The notes beneath the pieces were generated by a model. That model worked only from the letters and a program-made list of their open reading frames with translations, was not told where the DNA came from and did no database searches. From an uncultured Smithella sp. (GTDB lineage Bacteria > Desulfobacterota > Syntrophia > Syntrophales > Smithellaceae): DNA of 64,000 nucleotides. The stretch's first letter is position 1, and each line of letters opens with the position of its first letter. Positions 35,270 to 44,309 of this stretch are shown here, in pieces. The stretch is from contig CAZSQS010000001.1 in assembly GCA_964608995.1 (NCBI GenBank), positions 130,659 through 194,658 on the forward strand. The letters are read 5' to 3'. The position numbers and the translations under genes were made by a program.

Positions 35270-38251
35270 ATGTCTTCAAAAAACTTGACGCCCCCGCCCG
35301 CCCTGGCCGCAGGGGATGTATTGCACGGATTTAAAGTCCTGCGCGTAACACCCATTTCGTCCATACGGCTCACCGCTTATGAAATGGAGCATCTGCGCAC
35401 CGGCGCACAGGCGCTGCACCTGCATGCCTTTGAGCGCGAAAATCTCTTTGCCGTGGGCTTTCGCACGCCGCCTGCCGATTCCACGGGCCTGCCGCACATC
35501 CTGGAGCATTCGGTTTTAGCGGGGTCCGAAAAATATCCGCTCAAGGACGCCTTCAAGGAACTGATGCGCTCCTCCATGCAGACCTTTATCAACGCCTTTA
35601 CGTATCCCGACAAAACCGTTTATCCGGTGGCCAGTTCGATCGAGGCGGATTTTTTCAATCTGGCGCGGGTCTATATGGATCTGGTGTTGCACCCGCGCCT
35701 GCTGCCGGAGACGTTTTTGCAGGAAGGCCACCATCTGGAGCTTGAAGATCCGGAAAATCTCCAAAGTGATCTGATTGTTTCCGGCATTGTCTTTAACGAG
35801 ATGAAAGGCGCGTATTCCTCGCCCGATTCACTGATGTTTAAGCTTATTCAGGAGCAGCTCTTTCCCGATACCGTCTATGCGCTCGATTCCGGCGGCGATC
35901 CGGAGGTGATACCGTCTTTGACCTACGAGCAGTTTTGCCTGTTCCATCGCGCCTACTACTCGCCCACCAACGCACGTTTTTTTCTTTACGGCGATATTCC
36001 CACTGTCCGCCACCTGGCGTTTCTCGAAGAGATGCTGACGGGGTTTGAACGCGTGGAGGTTCACTCCGACATCGCCAGCCAGCCCGTGTTTTCAATGCCC
36101 CGGCGCATAACGGGAACCTACCCGGTGGATCCGGATGAAGGCGCTCAGGGTAAAACCATGGTGAATCTGGCTTGGGTGCTGGCGGAAAATAAGGAGTTCG
36201 ACACGGCGCTCGCGCTGGAAATTCTTGCGGGCCTCCTGGTGGGCTCGCCGGCCTCGCCGCTTCGCAAGGCGCTCATTGATTCGAACCTGGGTGAAGACAT
36301 GACGCCGGTGACCGGCATGGAGTCGGACCTGAGGCAGCTGCTGTTTTGCGCGGGGCTTCGCCATGTTCAGGACGCAAACGTCGAAAAAGTCGAACGCCTG
36401 ATTTTGGCAACGCTTGAGGACATTGCCCAGAAAGGGTTTGAAAACGATTTGATCGAGGGTATTTTGCATTCGATCGAATTTTCCGGCAAGGAAATCTCGC
36501 GCGGGTCCTACCCCTACGGCATCACGCTCATGGGCCATGTGTTTCAGACCTGGCTCTATGACGGTGATCCGCTGGTCGGGCTCGATTTCGCCCGCGCCAT
36601 CGAAGACATCCGCCGCTCATTTGCCGCCGATCCGGCCTTTTTCCAGAAACTGATTCAACGGTGGCTTCTGGAGAATCCCCATCGGCTTCTGGCCGTGATG
36701 ACGCCGGATCCCCGGTTTAACGATCATAATGAAAAAAAATGGAAAGAAAAAATGGCTGCGCTCAAGGCCGGACTTTCCGAAGATGAGCTTCGCGACATCA
36801 ACGAGCAGGCGGCAAGGCTCAAAGCCTTCCAATCCGAGGAGGATTCACCAGAAGTCGCGACCTGTCTTCCCACCTTGAATCTCTCGGACATTCCGCGCGC
36901 CGTGGAAACGATTCCAACCGCGCACGGATCGATTCTTTCCGTCGAGACGCTGCGGCATGACCTCTTTACCAACGGCATCGCCTACATCGATCTGGCCTTT
37001 GATCTTTCGCACATTCCCGAGGAGCTCCAGCCCTATCTGCCGCTTCTGGGGAAGATGACGCTGGGCATGGGCGCGGCAGGGCTCACCTACGATGAGATGG
37101 CCAAACGCATGTCGCTTTACACCGGCGGCGTGGGCTATGATCTTTCCACCGGTTTTACGGCGGATGCCTCAGGCGACTGGCAGAAAGTCATTCTTTCCTT
37201 TCGGGCGTTTTACCGCAACCTTCCCGAAGCGGTCCGGATCGTCCGCGATCTTCTTTGCGAGGGAGACCTCGACGATGAGGCGCGCATGAAGGATTTGCTG
37301 GCCGAGCGCAAAAACAATCTGCAATCCGCCATTGTGCCCTCCGGCCATGTCTTTGCCAAACGTGCGGCCGGGGCAGCGCTCACCGTGCCTGCCTATCGTG
37401 ACGAACAGTGGCATGGGCGCACGCAACTGCGCTTTGTGCAAAGCCAGACCGCTCAGTTTTCGCGCTCGGGCCAGTCCCTGCGCGAAACGCTTCGCCTCCT
37501 CAAGAGCCTGATCTTTACCCGAAGCGCTTTGACCATCAACCTGACGGCCGAAGACGATGGCTTGCGACTTGCCGAAGAGGCGCTCCCCGCGCTTTTAGAG
37601 CGCCTGCCTGAGGGCCGGAGGATGGAACGTCTCGCGCCGCCTGAGCTTTCGCCCGTGCGCGCAGGTGTGGCCGTCCCCACACAGGTCTCGTATGTCGCGC
37701 GCGCCTTCCGCGCGCCCGCCTACACCGATCCGGCATCGGCCCATTTGATGCTGGCTTCGAAAGATCTGTCCAACAGCTATCTGTACAAACACATCCGCGT
37801 GCGGGGCGGGGCCTACGGCGGCATGTCGTCTTTCGATCCGAGCCTGGGGATATTTTCGTTTCTGTCCTACCGCGATCCGCACATCGTTGAGACGCTTTCG
37901 GTCTTTGACGAGGCAAAGGCTCTGTATTCCCGCCAGGCGCTGGGCGCAGACGATATGGAAAAGGCGCTCATCAGCACGCTTGGCGCGCTGGACAAGCCGC
38001 TCGATCCGGCGGGGCGAGGCTATGTGTCACTGATCCGGCACTTTGCCTGCGCCACCGACGAGATGCGACAGACGTTTCGCGACCGGCTGTTTGCCACAAC
38101 ACCGGGGCAGATTCGAGAGACGCTGGCCCACTATTTTGAGAAAACCGCATCCGATCAGGCCGTGGCCGTCTATTCCGCACAGGAAAAACTCGAAGAGGCC
38201 AACCGGCAACTGGCGGATAAGCTGAAGCTGGAAAAATTGTCCGAATCTTAG
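35270..38251 (+). CDS. M16C metallopeptidase (presequence protease/PreP-like)
   Basis: TGLPHILEHSVLAGSEKYP (HXXEH), FINAFTYPDKTVYP, VFNEMKG, IRVRGGAYG, SYRDP. Confidence 0.95.
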   Translation: MSSKNLTPPPALAAGDVLHGFKVLRVTPISSIRLTAYEMEHLRTGAQALHLHAFERENLFAVGFRTPPADSTGLPHILEHSVLAGSEKYPLKDAFKELMRSSMQTFINAFTYPDKTVYPVASSIEADFFNLARVYMDLVLHPRLLPETFLQEGHHLELEDPENLQSDLIVSGIVFNEMKGAYSSPDSLMFKLIQEQLFPDTVYALDSGGDPEVIPSLTYEQFCLFHRAYYSPTNARFFLYGDIPTVRHLAFLEEMLTGFERVEVHSDIASQPVFSMPRRITGTYPVDPDEGAQGKTMVNLAWVLAENKEFDTALALEILAGLLVGSPASPLRKALIDSNLGEDMTPVTGMESDLRQLLFCAGLRHVQDANVEKVERLILATLEDIAQKGFENDLIEGILHSIEFSGKEISRGSYPYGITLMGHVFQTWLYDGDPLVGLDFARAIEDIRRSFAADPAFFQKLIQRWLLENPHRLLAVMTPDPRFNDHNEKKWKEKMAALKAGLSEDELRDINEQAARLKAFQSEEDSPEVATCLPTLNLSDIPRAVETIPTAHGSILSVETLRHDLFTNGIAYIDLAFDLSHIPEELQPYLPLLGKMTLGMGAAGLTYDEMAKRMSLYTGGVGYDLSTGFTADASGDWQKVILSFRAFYRNLPEAVRIVRDLLCEGDLDDEARMKDLLAERKNNLQSAIVPSGHVFAKRAAGAALTVPAYRDEQWHGRTQLRFVQSQTAQFSRSGQSLRETLRLLKSLIFTRSALTINLTAEDDGLRLAEEALPALLERLPEGRRMERLAPPELSPVRAGVAVPTQVSYVARAFRAPAYTDPASAHLMLASKDLSNSYLYKHIRVRGGAYGGMSSFDPSLGIFSFLSYRDPHIVETLSVFDEAKALYSRQALGADDMEKALISTLGALDKPLDPAGRGYVSLIRHFACATDEMRQTFRDRLFATTPGQIRETLAHYFEKTASDQAVAVYSAQEKLEEANRQLADKLKLEKLSES

Positions 38252-38278
38252 GGGGGACTTTAAGAAATACCCGTTGCG

Positions 38279-38303
38279 GTCATTCCCGCGAAAGCGGGAA
38301 TCC
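38279..38303. repeat. REP-like palindromic element
   Basis: GTCATTCCCGC-GAAA-GCGGGAATCC; the antisense strand reads DSRFRGND, typical of this widespread extragenic palindrome class. Confidence 0.75.
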
Positions 38304-38393
38304 GGTTTGGGGGTTGATGCAAGGCTCCCCAAGCAGCACAGAAACTAACCGTCTGCCAAAACGGATAGGATTTAAAAAATTGGCTGGTCGCAG

Positions 38394-38606
38394 ATGACAA
38401 AAGAAAATCAACATCCAGGCACGCTCATTAATTGCTTTTTCTGTGAGCAATTTTACATCACCTACGACGTCAAATTTCCTTACGGCTGCCGCACCATGGG
38501 CTTCAAGTCGGCGCGGATGCCGTCCGTCGATGTCTTCCAAAGCTCCGGCGTGGACTGCGCGCTCTTTGTCCGCAAAAAAGTCAAACCGCATAAGCATCAT
38601 GATTGA
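38394..38606 (+). CDS. Small four-Cys protein (family often labelled 'uracil-DNA glycosylase', function unproven)
   Basis: INCFFCEQFYITYDVKFPYGCRTMGFKSARMPS...SSGVDC. Confidence 0.75.
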   Translation: MTKENQHPGTLINCFFCEQFYITYDVKFPYGCRTMGFKSARMPSVDVFQSSGVDCALFVRKKVKPHKHHD

Positions 38607-38707
38607 TCGGGAATCAGGAAAAAGTGTGCCACGACATTAAGGTGATGGTCGTGACCTATAATGCCGGATATGCGAGACCACCCCATTCATCACAGATAGT
38701 TTTTCGA

Positions 38708-39097
38708 TTAAGCGGCATTTTTTCCGTGTCCGTCGGCATACAGCCCGAACTGGACAGAAAAATCCGTTGCCTCGACGATGGGTTTAAGGTTTCGATTGAC
38801 CTTTTCGATCTTCACGATGCCATAGCGGGCCATCGTCTTGAGCGTTCGGGAGAGATTGCTGCTGCTTCGCCCCGTCGCCGCTTCCAGTTCCTTGAGGGAC
38901 TCAGGCTTGCGTTCCAGAATGATTTTCAGCAGCAGTTGGTTTTCATTGCTCAGAACCTGCGCCATGGATTGCAGCGATTCAAACCAGATTTTGGGTTCAT
39001 CGGATTTCGGGCGGTATTTTCCCCGGGCGATAGCCATGGATCGCTTTTTGTAATCCGGATAAGAAATAATGCCAATGTTCAGTACTTTCTGTTTCAT
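38708..39097 (-). CDS. HTH antitoxin/regulator (HVO_A0114-like wHTH)
   Basis: IWFESLQSMAQVLSNEN...PESLKELEAATGRSSSNLSRTLKTMARYGIV; ATGA overlap with the upstream gene. Confidence 0.8.
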   Translation of the reverse strand: MKQKVLNIGIISYPDYKKRSMAIARGKYRPKSDEPKIWFESLQSMAQVLSNENQLLLKIILERKPESLKELEAATGRSSSNLSRTLKTMARYGIVKIEKVNRNLKPIVEATDFSVQFGLYADGHGKNAA

Positions 39098-39492
39098 TTT
39101 ATTGCCTCTCCTTCCTGCCCCAGGAATTTTTCGACTTCGCGCCAGAAATCATCCAGCAATTGACTGGCTGATTCGTATTCATAGGGTAATATCTTGTCGC
39201 AGTTGTGTTTATGGTCCCAGGTGACCTTTCTTGCGCCATAGCCCTTTTTAGCCGTCCGTACGGCGTGGGCGTTGTCAAATCCGAGCACCCGCCGGTTGTA
39301 GCGGTCATGAAGCGTCAGGGAATAGCGGATGCCATGGGGAATATGCGGCTCAGGAGATATACGACGAACCTCGAACTTGGTCCAAAAGCCGCTATCCATG
39401 GGAAAGATTTCACCGTCCAGATGCAGAAGCGTGGCGAGGGGTTGATCCTCGATTTCAACAAGAGGGGGCTTGGCCTTAATCTTCATGGTCAT
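39094..39492 (-). CDS. Probable toxin, DUF6516/TumE-like
   Basis: PHGIRYSLTLHD...RVLGFDNAH...WDHKH...LLDDFWREV; two-gene module with the HTH partner downstream. Confidence 0.7.
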   Translation of the reverse strand: MTMKIKAKPPLVEIEDQPLATLLHLDGEIFPMDSGFWTKFEVRRISPEPHIPHGIRYSLTLHDRYNRRVLGFDNAHAVRTAKKGYGARKVTWDHKHNCDKILPYEYESASQLLDDFWREVEKFLGQEGEAIK

Positions 39493-39495
39493 AAG

Positions 39496-39514
39496 ATTAT
39501 CATCTGGTGATAAT
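39496..39514. promoter_or_regulatory. Perfect inverted repeat (operator) inside the TA promoter
   Basis: ATTATCA-TCTGG-TGATAAT; minus strand TTGCAT-N17-TAATCT promoter spans it. Confidence 0.7.
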
Positions 39515-39674
39515 TAATGCAAGCATCTTAGGGAGAGCAATAACGATAGGCTCGCGCCAATTTTACGATCACCGGGGGGGATCCATTCCGCGGGAGTCCA
39601 CTACCGGAAACAGCGCTGCCTGTTTATACGTCTTCACTAACTGAAAATGCGCCTGTTCAATATGGCCCATCAGT

Positions 39675-40178
39675 TTACGCACGGTGACGGTCGCCGCTGC
39701 CTGTGGCATTGCCCTGCAGCCGTGTTTCAATCAGGTTGAGGATTTCTTCATTTTGCGGAATGTCCGCCATGGAATGGCCGTAGTGGACGAATCGCACCCG
39801 TCCCTCTTTGTCGATGAGCATTTGCGCCGGCAGGCGTCCCAGCTTGAAAAGCTTGACCTCCTGTCCGTAGAGTTTCAAAACGCGATGCTCGGGGTCGGGC
39901 AGTCCGATGAAAGGCAGGTCTTCTTTCTGCCAGTACTCCCGAAACGCCTGCGCGGTTTCCGGTCCCGCCACAAGGATTTCTGTATCCAGCGCTGCATATT
40001 TTTCATAATCGCGGCGCAACTGCGCCATGTGCGCACGGCAGAAGGGTCAGAAAAATCCCCGGTTGAAGACAAACAGGAGATGCTTTTTGCCGGTAAAATC
40101 GGACAGGGAGACGCTTTTACCGGTGTAATCGTCAAGCGTAAAATCCGGCGCCCGGGTGCTGAGTTCAACTTTCGGCAT
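39675..40178 (-). CDS. Peroxiredoxin-like (AhpC/TSA) selenoprotein, 167 aa, in-frame UGA at codon 44 (UPFC)
   Basis: GGAGG RBS; MPKVELSTRAPDFTLDDYTGKSVSLSDFTGKKHLLFVFNRGFF-TGA(40049-40047)-PFCRAHMAQL continues in frame into ORF 39675..40028. Confidence 0.88.
40021..40035 (-). other. Candidate bacterial SECIS hairpin
   Basis: UGCGC-ACAUG-GCGCA stem-loop beginning 11 nt after the UGA. Confidence 0.55.
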
Positions 40179-40340
40179 GAATTTTATTCCTCCTTCGGTT
40201 TTCCGGCGTTTCCATTTTTCTCTTGTTGATACGATAAAGGGAGGCTATGCAGGAGTCAATGGGAAAAATGGGCAATGCCTTGCGGAGCCATGAGGCCTCC
40301 GATGATGCCCCGTCGGCAAGCGCAAAAGGATCTTAGAGAG

Positions 40341-40967
40341 TTGGAAACGTATTCGCTGTTGCAAAACATTCTGCTGGGACTGACGCTTGCCGCGCCGATC
40401 GGCCCGGTCAATGTGGAGATCATTCAGCGCGGCCTCAAGGACGGCTTTCGTCAGGCGCTCTTCACCGGCGCGGGTGCGATGTGCGCCGATGCCACGTATC
40501 TCACGCTGATATTTTTCGGCATGACGGCATTTTTGAACAACGCCCTTTTGTCCAGCTTTCTGGGCTATGCGGGAAGTTTTGTTCTGATGTACCTCGGGTC
40601 TGTCAGCCTCCGGGAGGTTTTTCAAAAGGAAAACCGGCAGGCCCGGCCACCGCGGCGCATTTTCAAATATGCGTTTGTCGCAGGTTACGCTCTGGCGATT
40701 TCGAGCCCGATGACCATCGTGTGGTGGACGGGGATTTTCGGCGCCTTGATGGCCTCGCAGGGGCCTGTAAAAACCAGTCTCTCCGCGTTTGTCTCCTGCC
40801 TGTCGATCCTTCTGGGGTGTTTTTTGTGGGTGTTGTTTCTGGCCGTCAGTCTCCACTGGGGAAAGAAAATGCTTAACGCATCAATGATCCGCATGGTTAA
40901 TCTGGCCGCAGGCCTGTTCCTGATCGGGTTTGGCATCTATTTTTTCTGGCGAACGCTTGGCGCTTGA
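40341..40967 (+). CDS. LysE/RhtB-family exporter (start uncertain; ORF open to 40275)
   Basis: LLGLTLAAPIGPVNVEII...G...ADATY; AISSPMTIVWW. Confidence 0.88.
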   Translation: METYSLLQNILLGLTLAAPIGPVNVEIIQRGLKDGFRQALFTGAGAMCADATYLTLIFFGMTAFLNNALLSSFLGYAGSFVLMYLGSVSLREVFQKENRQARPPRRIFKYAFVAGYALAISSPMTIVWWTGIFGALMASQGPVKTSLSAFVSCLSILLGCFLWVLFLAVSLHWGKKMLNASMIRMVNLAAGLFLIGFGIYFFWRTLGA

Positions 40968-41003
40968 ATTTTCTACGATATCAATCAAGCAAAAAATAAT
41001 CGA

Positions 41004-41846
41004 TCATGCCTTTTGCCAGGTTGCCATATATTCCAGCGATCCCGCGCCGGGCGGCGTATCCTGCCTTTGCCAGTGTCCCGCAATCCCCGCCTCTTGAGTG
41101 GTCAGATCAAAGTGGCACTTGGCGATGCCCATGTCGATCTCCTGAAGGGACATCTCCCGGATGTGCCGGTATCCGGTAGAGCGGGAGAGGTAAAAGTGAA
41201 AGGCCTGACGCTCCGGATCCCGGATAATCCGCCACGGCTGCTTATTGGAGGCGGACGGTGCGAGACGCACATTTTCCAGTGCCTGGGCAAAAGGGCCTGC
41301 CTCTTCGGAGGAAAGCGGGATTGCGCAATTGCGGTCGAAAAAAAGCTCCCGCCACGGTTTGCGGGAATCGGAGCCGGCAAAGCCGCGAAACAGGCGATCT
41401 GTCAGGCTGGGTTTGGCGGCCGCATATCCAACCGGGGTTACGGTGGGGAGGATCTCGCCTGCCTGGAGACCCGCCGCGTTGGCAAAAGCGCTGATCGAAA
41501 ATGTGCCGCCCAGCCAGCAGGTGCCCAGTCCCAGTTCGGTGGCCTTCAGAATGAGTCTTTCCTTGCAGTAGCCGTAATCGCAGGCGGCCCCGGGCGCGGG
41601 ACGGATGAGGCCCGCCAGATACAGATGCGCGTTTTTAATGACGCCGTAGGTGCCGAGTTTCTTCCAGCGCTCATGCGATAAGGTTTCCAGAGTGAGAAGG
41701 ACGAATTGGGGCGTGTTGCCAAACGGTCCGGCTTGAGGTGCGCTGATCGCCTCATCCAGTGCCTTTAGCGTTGAAGGTTCAATGATTTGATCTGAGTATG
41801 ACCGGCATGAACACCGCATTCGAATGATGTCTGAAATGGACGGCAT
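41004..41846 (-). CDS. Nitroreductase-family protein (two-lobed form)
   Basis: IIRMRCSCRSY, ATELGLGTCWLGG, VRLAPSASNKQPWR, IDMGIAKCHF. Confidence 0.88.
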   Translation of the reverse strand: MPSISDIIRMRCSCRSYSDQIIEPSTLKALDEAISAPQAGPFGNTPQFVLLTLETLSHERWKKLGTYGVIKNAHLYLAGLIRPAPGAACDYGYCKERLILKATELGLGTCWLGGTFSISAFANAAGLQAGEILPTVTPVGYAAAKPSLTDRLFRGFAGSDSRKPWRELFFDRNCAIPLSSEEAGPFAQALENVRLAPSASNKQPWRIIRDPERQAFHFYLSRSTGYRHIREMSLQEIDMGIAKCHFDLTTQEAGIAGHWQRQDTPPGAGSLEYMATWQKA

Positions 41847-41952
41847 AAGGCCCCCTGTTTTTCAAAATTGCGCTTGGCAAATCGCAGGGGCTTATTCTAT
41901 ACTATCTATGTTTTATTTCATAATGAATCATACGTGAATTGAGGAGAACATC

Positions 41953-43521
41953 ATGAAACTGGCCACGGTCAAACAAATGCGGGAGATGGATCGCTTTGCC
42001 ATCGAGACGCTGGGCATCGCCGAAGATATTTTAATGGAGAATGCAGCGCATGCCTCCACGGTGCTGCTTGAGCGCAAGATCGGCATTCGGGGCAGGAAGT
42101 TCGTGATCTTCTGCGGCGCGGGAAACAATGGCGGCGATGGTCTGGCCGTGGCGCGCCTGATTATCTCCGCGGGCGGCATCGCCAAAGTGTTTCTGGTGGC
42201 GTCGCCTAAAAAATACACCGGCGCGGCCAAAAACAATTATGACATTCTATGCAATCTGGCAGGCGATGTGCAGCTTATCGCCCGGGCCGAGGAAGCCCGC
42301 TTCGACGCGTTTCATTGCGACGCGATGGTCGATGCGATTTTCGGCACGGGTTTGGACCGCGAGGTGAAGGGGCTGGCCGCAGAGGTGATTGCGCTTATGA
42401 ACGCAAGCCCCAAGCCTGTTCTGAGTCTCGACATTCCCTCCGGCGTCTCGGGCGATACGGGCGCCGTGATGGGAACCGCAGTGAGCGCCGACTGGACGGT
42501 GACGTTTGGCCTGCCGAAGCTCGGCAATCTGCTGTATCCTGGCGCGGCCAAATGCGGAGAGCTTTTTGTGACGCATATTTCGTTTCCGCCGTCTCTGTAT
42601 GAGCGCGAAGCACTGATGTGTCGGACCAATGATGCTGTTTCGCTTCCCGTCCGGCCCGCCGAGGCTTATAAGGGCTCGATGGGCGAGGGCCTCTTTATCG
42701 CGGGTGGCGCCAATTATTTCGGCGCACCCTACTTTTCGGCCATGGCGTTTTTAAAGTCGGGCGGGGGCTACTCAAGGCTTGCCGCGCCCGCGTCGATTAT
42801 TCCCTTTGTCGCGCAGGCGGGCCCTGAAATCGTCTATCTGCCGCAACGCGAAACCGTTCAATTCAGCCTGTCGCTCAAGGCCAAGCCGGAACTGTTGTCG
42901 CTTTCGGAAAAGGCGGACGTCGTCGTTTTAGGTCCGGGGCTTTCGATTCATGAGGAGACAGGCAAACTGATCCGGGAGCTGACAGCGGGAATCGCCAGGC
43001 CGCTCGTCATTGATGGCGATGGGCTGACGGCGCTGGCCGAGCGGCCGGAAATTCTGCTCAAACGCAAGGCCCCAACCATCCTGACGCCGCACGCAGGCGA
43101 AATGGCGAGGCTTGCGCGCAAAACCGTCGGGGAGGTCAATGCCGACAAAATCGGCACTGTGCGCGAGATGGCCAGAAATTACAACGTGACGGTGGTTTTC
43201 AAGGGTGCGCATTCGCTCATCGGCACGCCGTCAGGTGAGGTCTTTGTCAATCTCAGTGGCAATCCGGGCATGGCGTCGGCCGGAAGCGGCGATGTACTGA
43301 CCGGCTGCATTGCCGCCATGATCGGCCTGGGGCTTGACCCGGTGGAGGCCGCGCGAAAAGGTGTCTTTTTGCATGGGTACGCAGGCGATCTGGCCGCGCG
43401 CCAGAAAGGCGAAGACGGCATGACGGCCTCCGACATTCTGGCGTGTCTGCCGGCCGCGCTGAAAGACGATCGCAGTGGCGCCATCGAACAAAAATATGAT
43501 GCGCCGCCGCTCATGGTGTAA
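41953..43521 (+). CDS. nnr: Bifunctional NAD(P)H-hydrate epimerase/dehydratase
   Basis: LMENAA, CGAGNNGGDG, VDAIFGTG, LDIPSG; YKGSMG, LGPGL, VIDGDG, LTPHAGEMARL, MASAGSGDVLTG. Confidence 0.95.
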   Translation: MKLATVKQMREMDRFAIETLGIAEDILMENAAHASTVLLERKIGIRGRKFVIFCGAGNNGGDGLAVARLIISAGGIAKVFLVASPKKYTGAAKNNYDILCNLAGDVQLIARAEEARFDAFHCDAMVDAIFGTGLDREVKGLAAEVIALMNASPKPVLSLDIPSGVSGDTGAVMGTAVSADWTVTFGLPKLGNLLYPGAAKCGELFVTHISFPPSLYEREALMCRTNDAVSLPVRPAEAYKGSMGEGLFIAGGANYFGAPYFSAMAFLKSGGGYSRLAAPASIIPFVAQAGPEIVYLPQRETVQFSLSLKAKPELLSLSEKADVVVLGPGLSIHEETGKLIRELTAGIARPLVIDGDGLTALAERPEILLKRKAPTILTPHAGEMARLARKTVGEVNADKIGTVREMARNYNVTVVFKGAHSLIGTPSGEVFVNLSGNPGMASAGSGDVLTGCIAAMIGLGLDPVEAARKGVFLHGYAGDLAARQKGEDGMTASDILACLPAALKDDRSGAIEQKYDAPPLMV

Positions 43522-43535
43522 TTCGACAACAGAGG

Positions 43536-44285
43536 TTGATCATGGACGATTCGGTGAAGGTCAAACAGTTCACGCTTCGCATCGAAACGCCGGACGGGGC
43601 GATGCCGCCCGCCCGCATTGAGGTGCCGGATGTGCCGCTTTGTCTGGTGGAGATTGTTTCTCCGCTTTATGAGCTGTGCGACGCGGGAGTGTCGCTGGCT
43701 GTGCGCAAAGCCGCAAGCGGCGGCGCACAGATTTCCTGTCAAAAAGGCTGCGGGGTGTGCTGCTGCCAGTTGGTTCCCGTGTCCATTCCCGAGGCGCTTT
43801 TGATAGCCGATCAGACGCTTGCCGCAAATACGGAGCGCTCCCGAAGGTTCCGGCGCGGATTTGACGCAGCGCAGAAAACATTAAGCACCGCCGGGCTCTG
43901 GGACGCGCTGCAAACGATCGATGCCGCCGAAGATCAGACGCCATTGGCCCGCGCCTACTGGGAGTTGGGCATCCCCTGCCCGTTTCTGGAGAATGAGGCC
44001 TGTGCCATTCATGCCATTCGTCCCTGCGCCTGCCGCGAGTATAATGTGAAAAGCGATCCGGTCTTTTGCCGCAATCCTTTTGGGGAAGGCCCGGAGCGCA
44101 TAGCGATTCCGCGCAAAACTACAACCGCTCTGGCCAATGTGGCGGCGCAATTGCTCGGTGAACCCCCGCAGCTGATTCCGCTGATTGCGCTTCCTTCGTG
44201 GTTTGAGGCGCACGCCGAAATCGCCACGCACACCTGGGGCGGCATCGAGCTATTCGATCTGGCGTTGCAAAAGGCGCTTTCTTAG
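43536..44285 (+). CDS. YkgJ/CxxCxxCC-family cysteine-cluster protein
   Basis: CQKGCGVCCCQ and CPFLENEACAIHAIRPCACR. Confidence 0.85.
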   Translation: MIMDDSVKVKQFTLRIETPDGAMPPARIEVPDVPLCLVEIVSPLYELCDAGVSLAVRKAASGGAQISCQKGCGVCCCQLVPVSIPEALLIADQTLAANTERSRRFRRGFDAAQKTLSTAGLWDALQTIDAAEDQTPLARAYWELGIPCPFLENEACAIHAIRPCACREYNVKSDPVFCRNPFGEGPERIAIPRKTTTALANVAAQLLGEPPQLIPLIALPSWFEAHAEIATHTWGGIELFDLALQKALS

Positions 44286-44309
44286 CCCACCTTTACAAGG
44301 AGTTCCCTC

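Noticed and set aside
39875-40168. ORF-track 97-aa ORF, or a frameshift, as the explanation of the peroxiredoxin region
   Set aside because: The N- and C-terminal halves are in the same frame, separated only by TGA at the catalytic position; the 39875..40168 ORF is a different-frame shadow.
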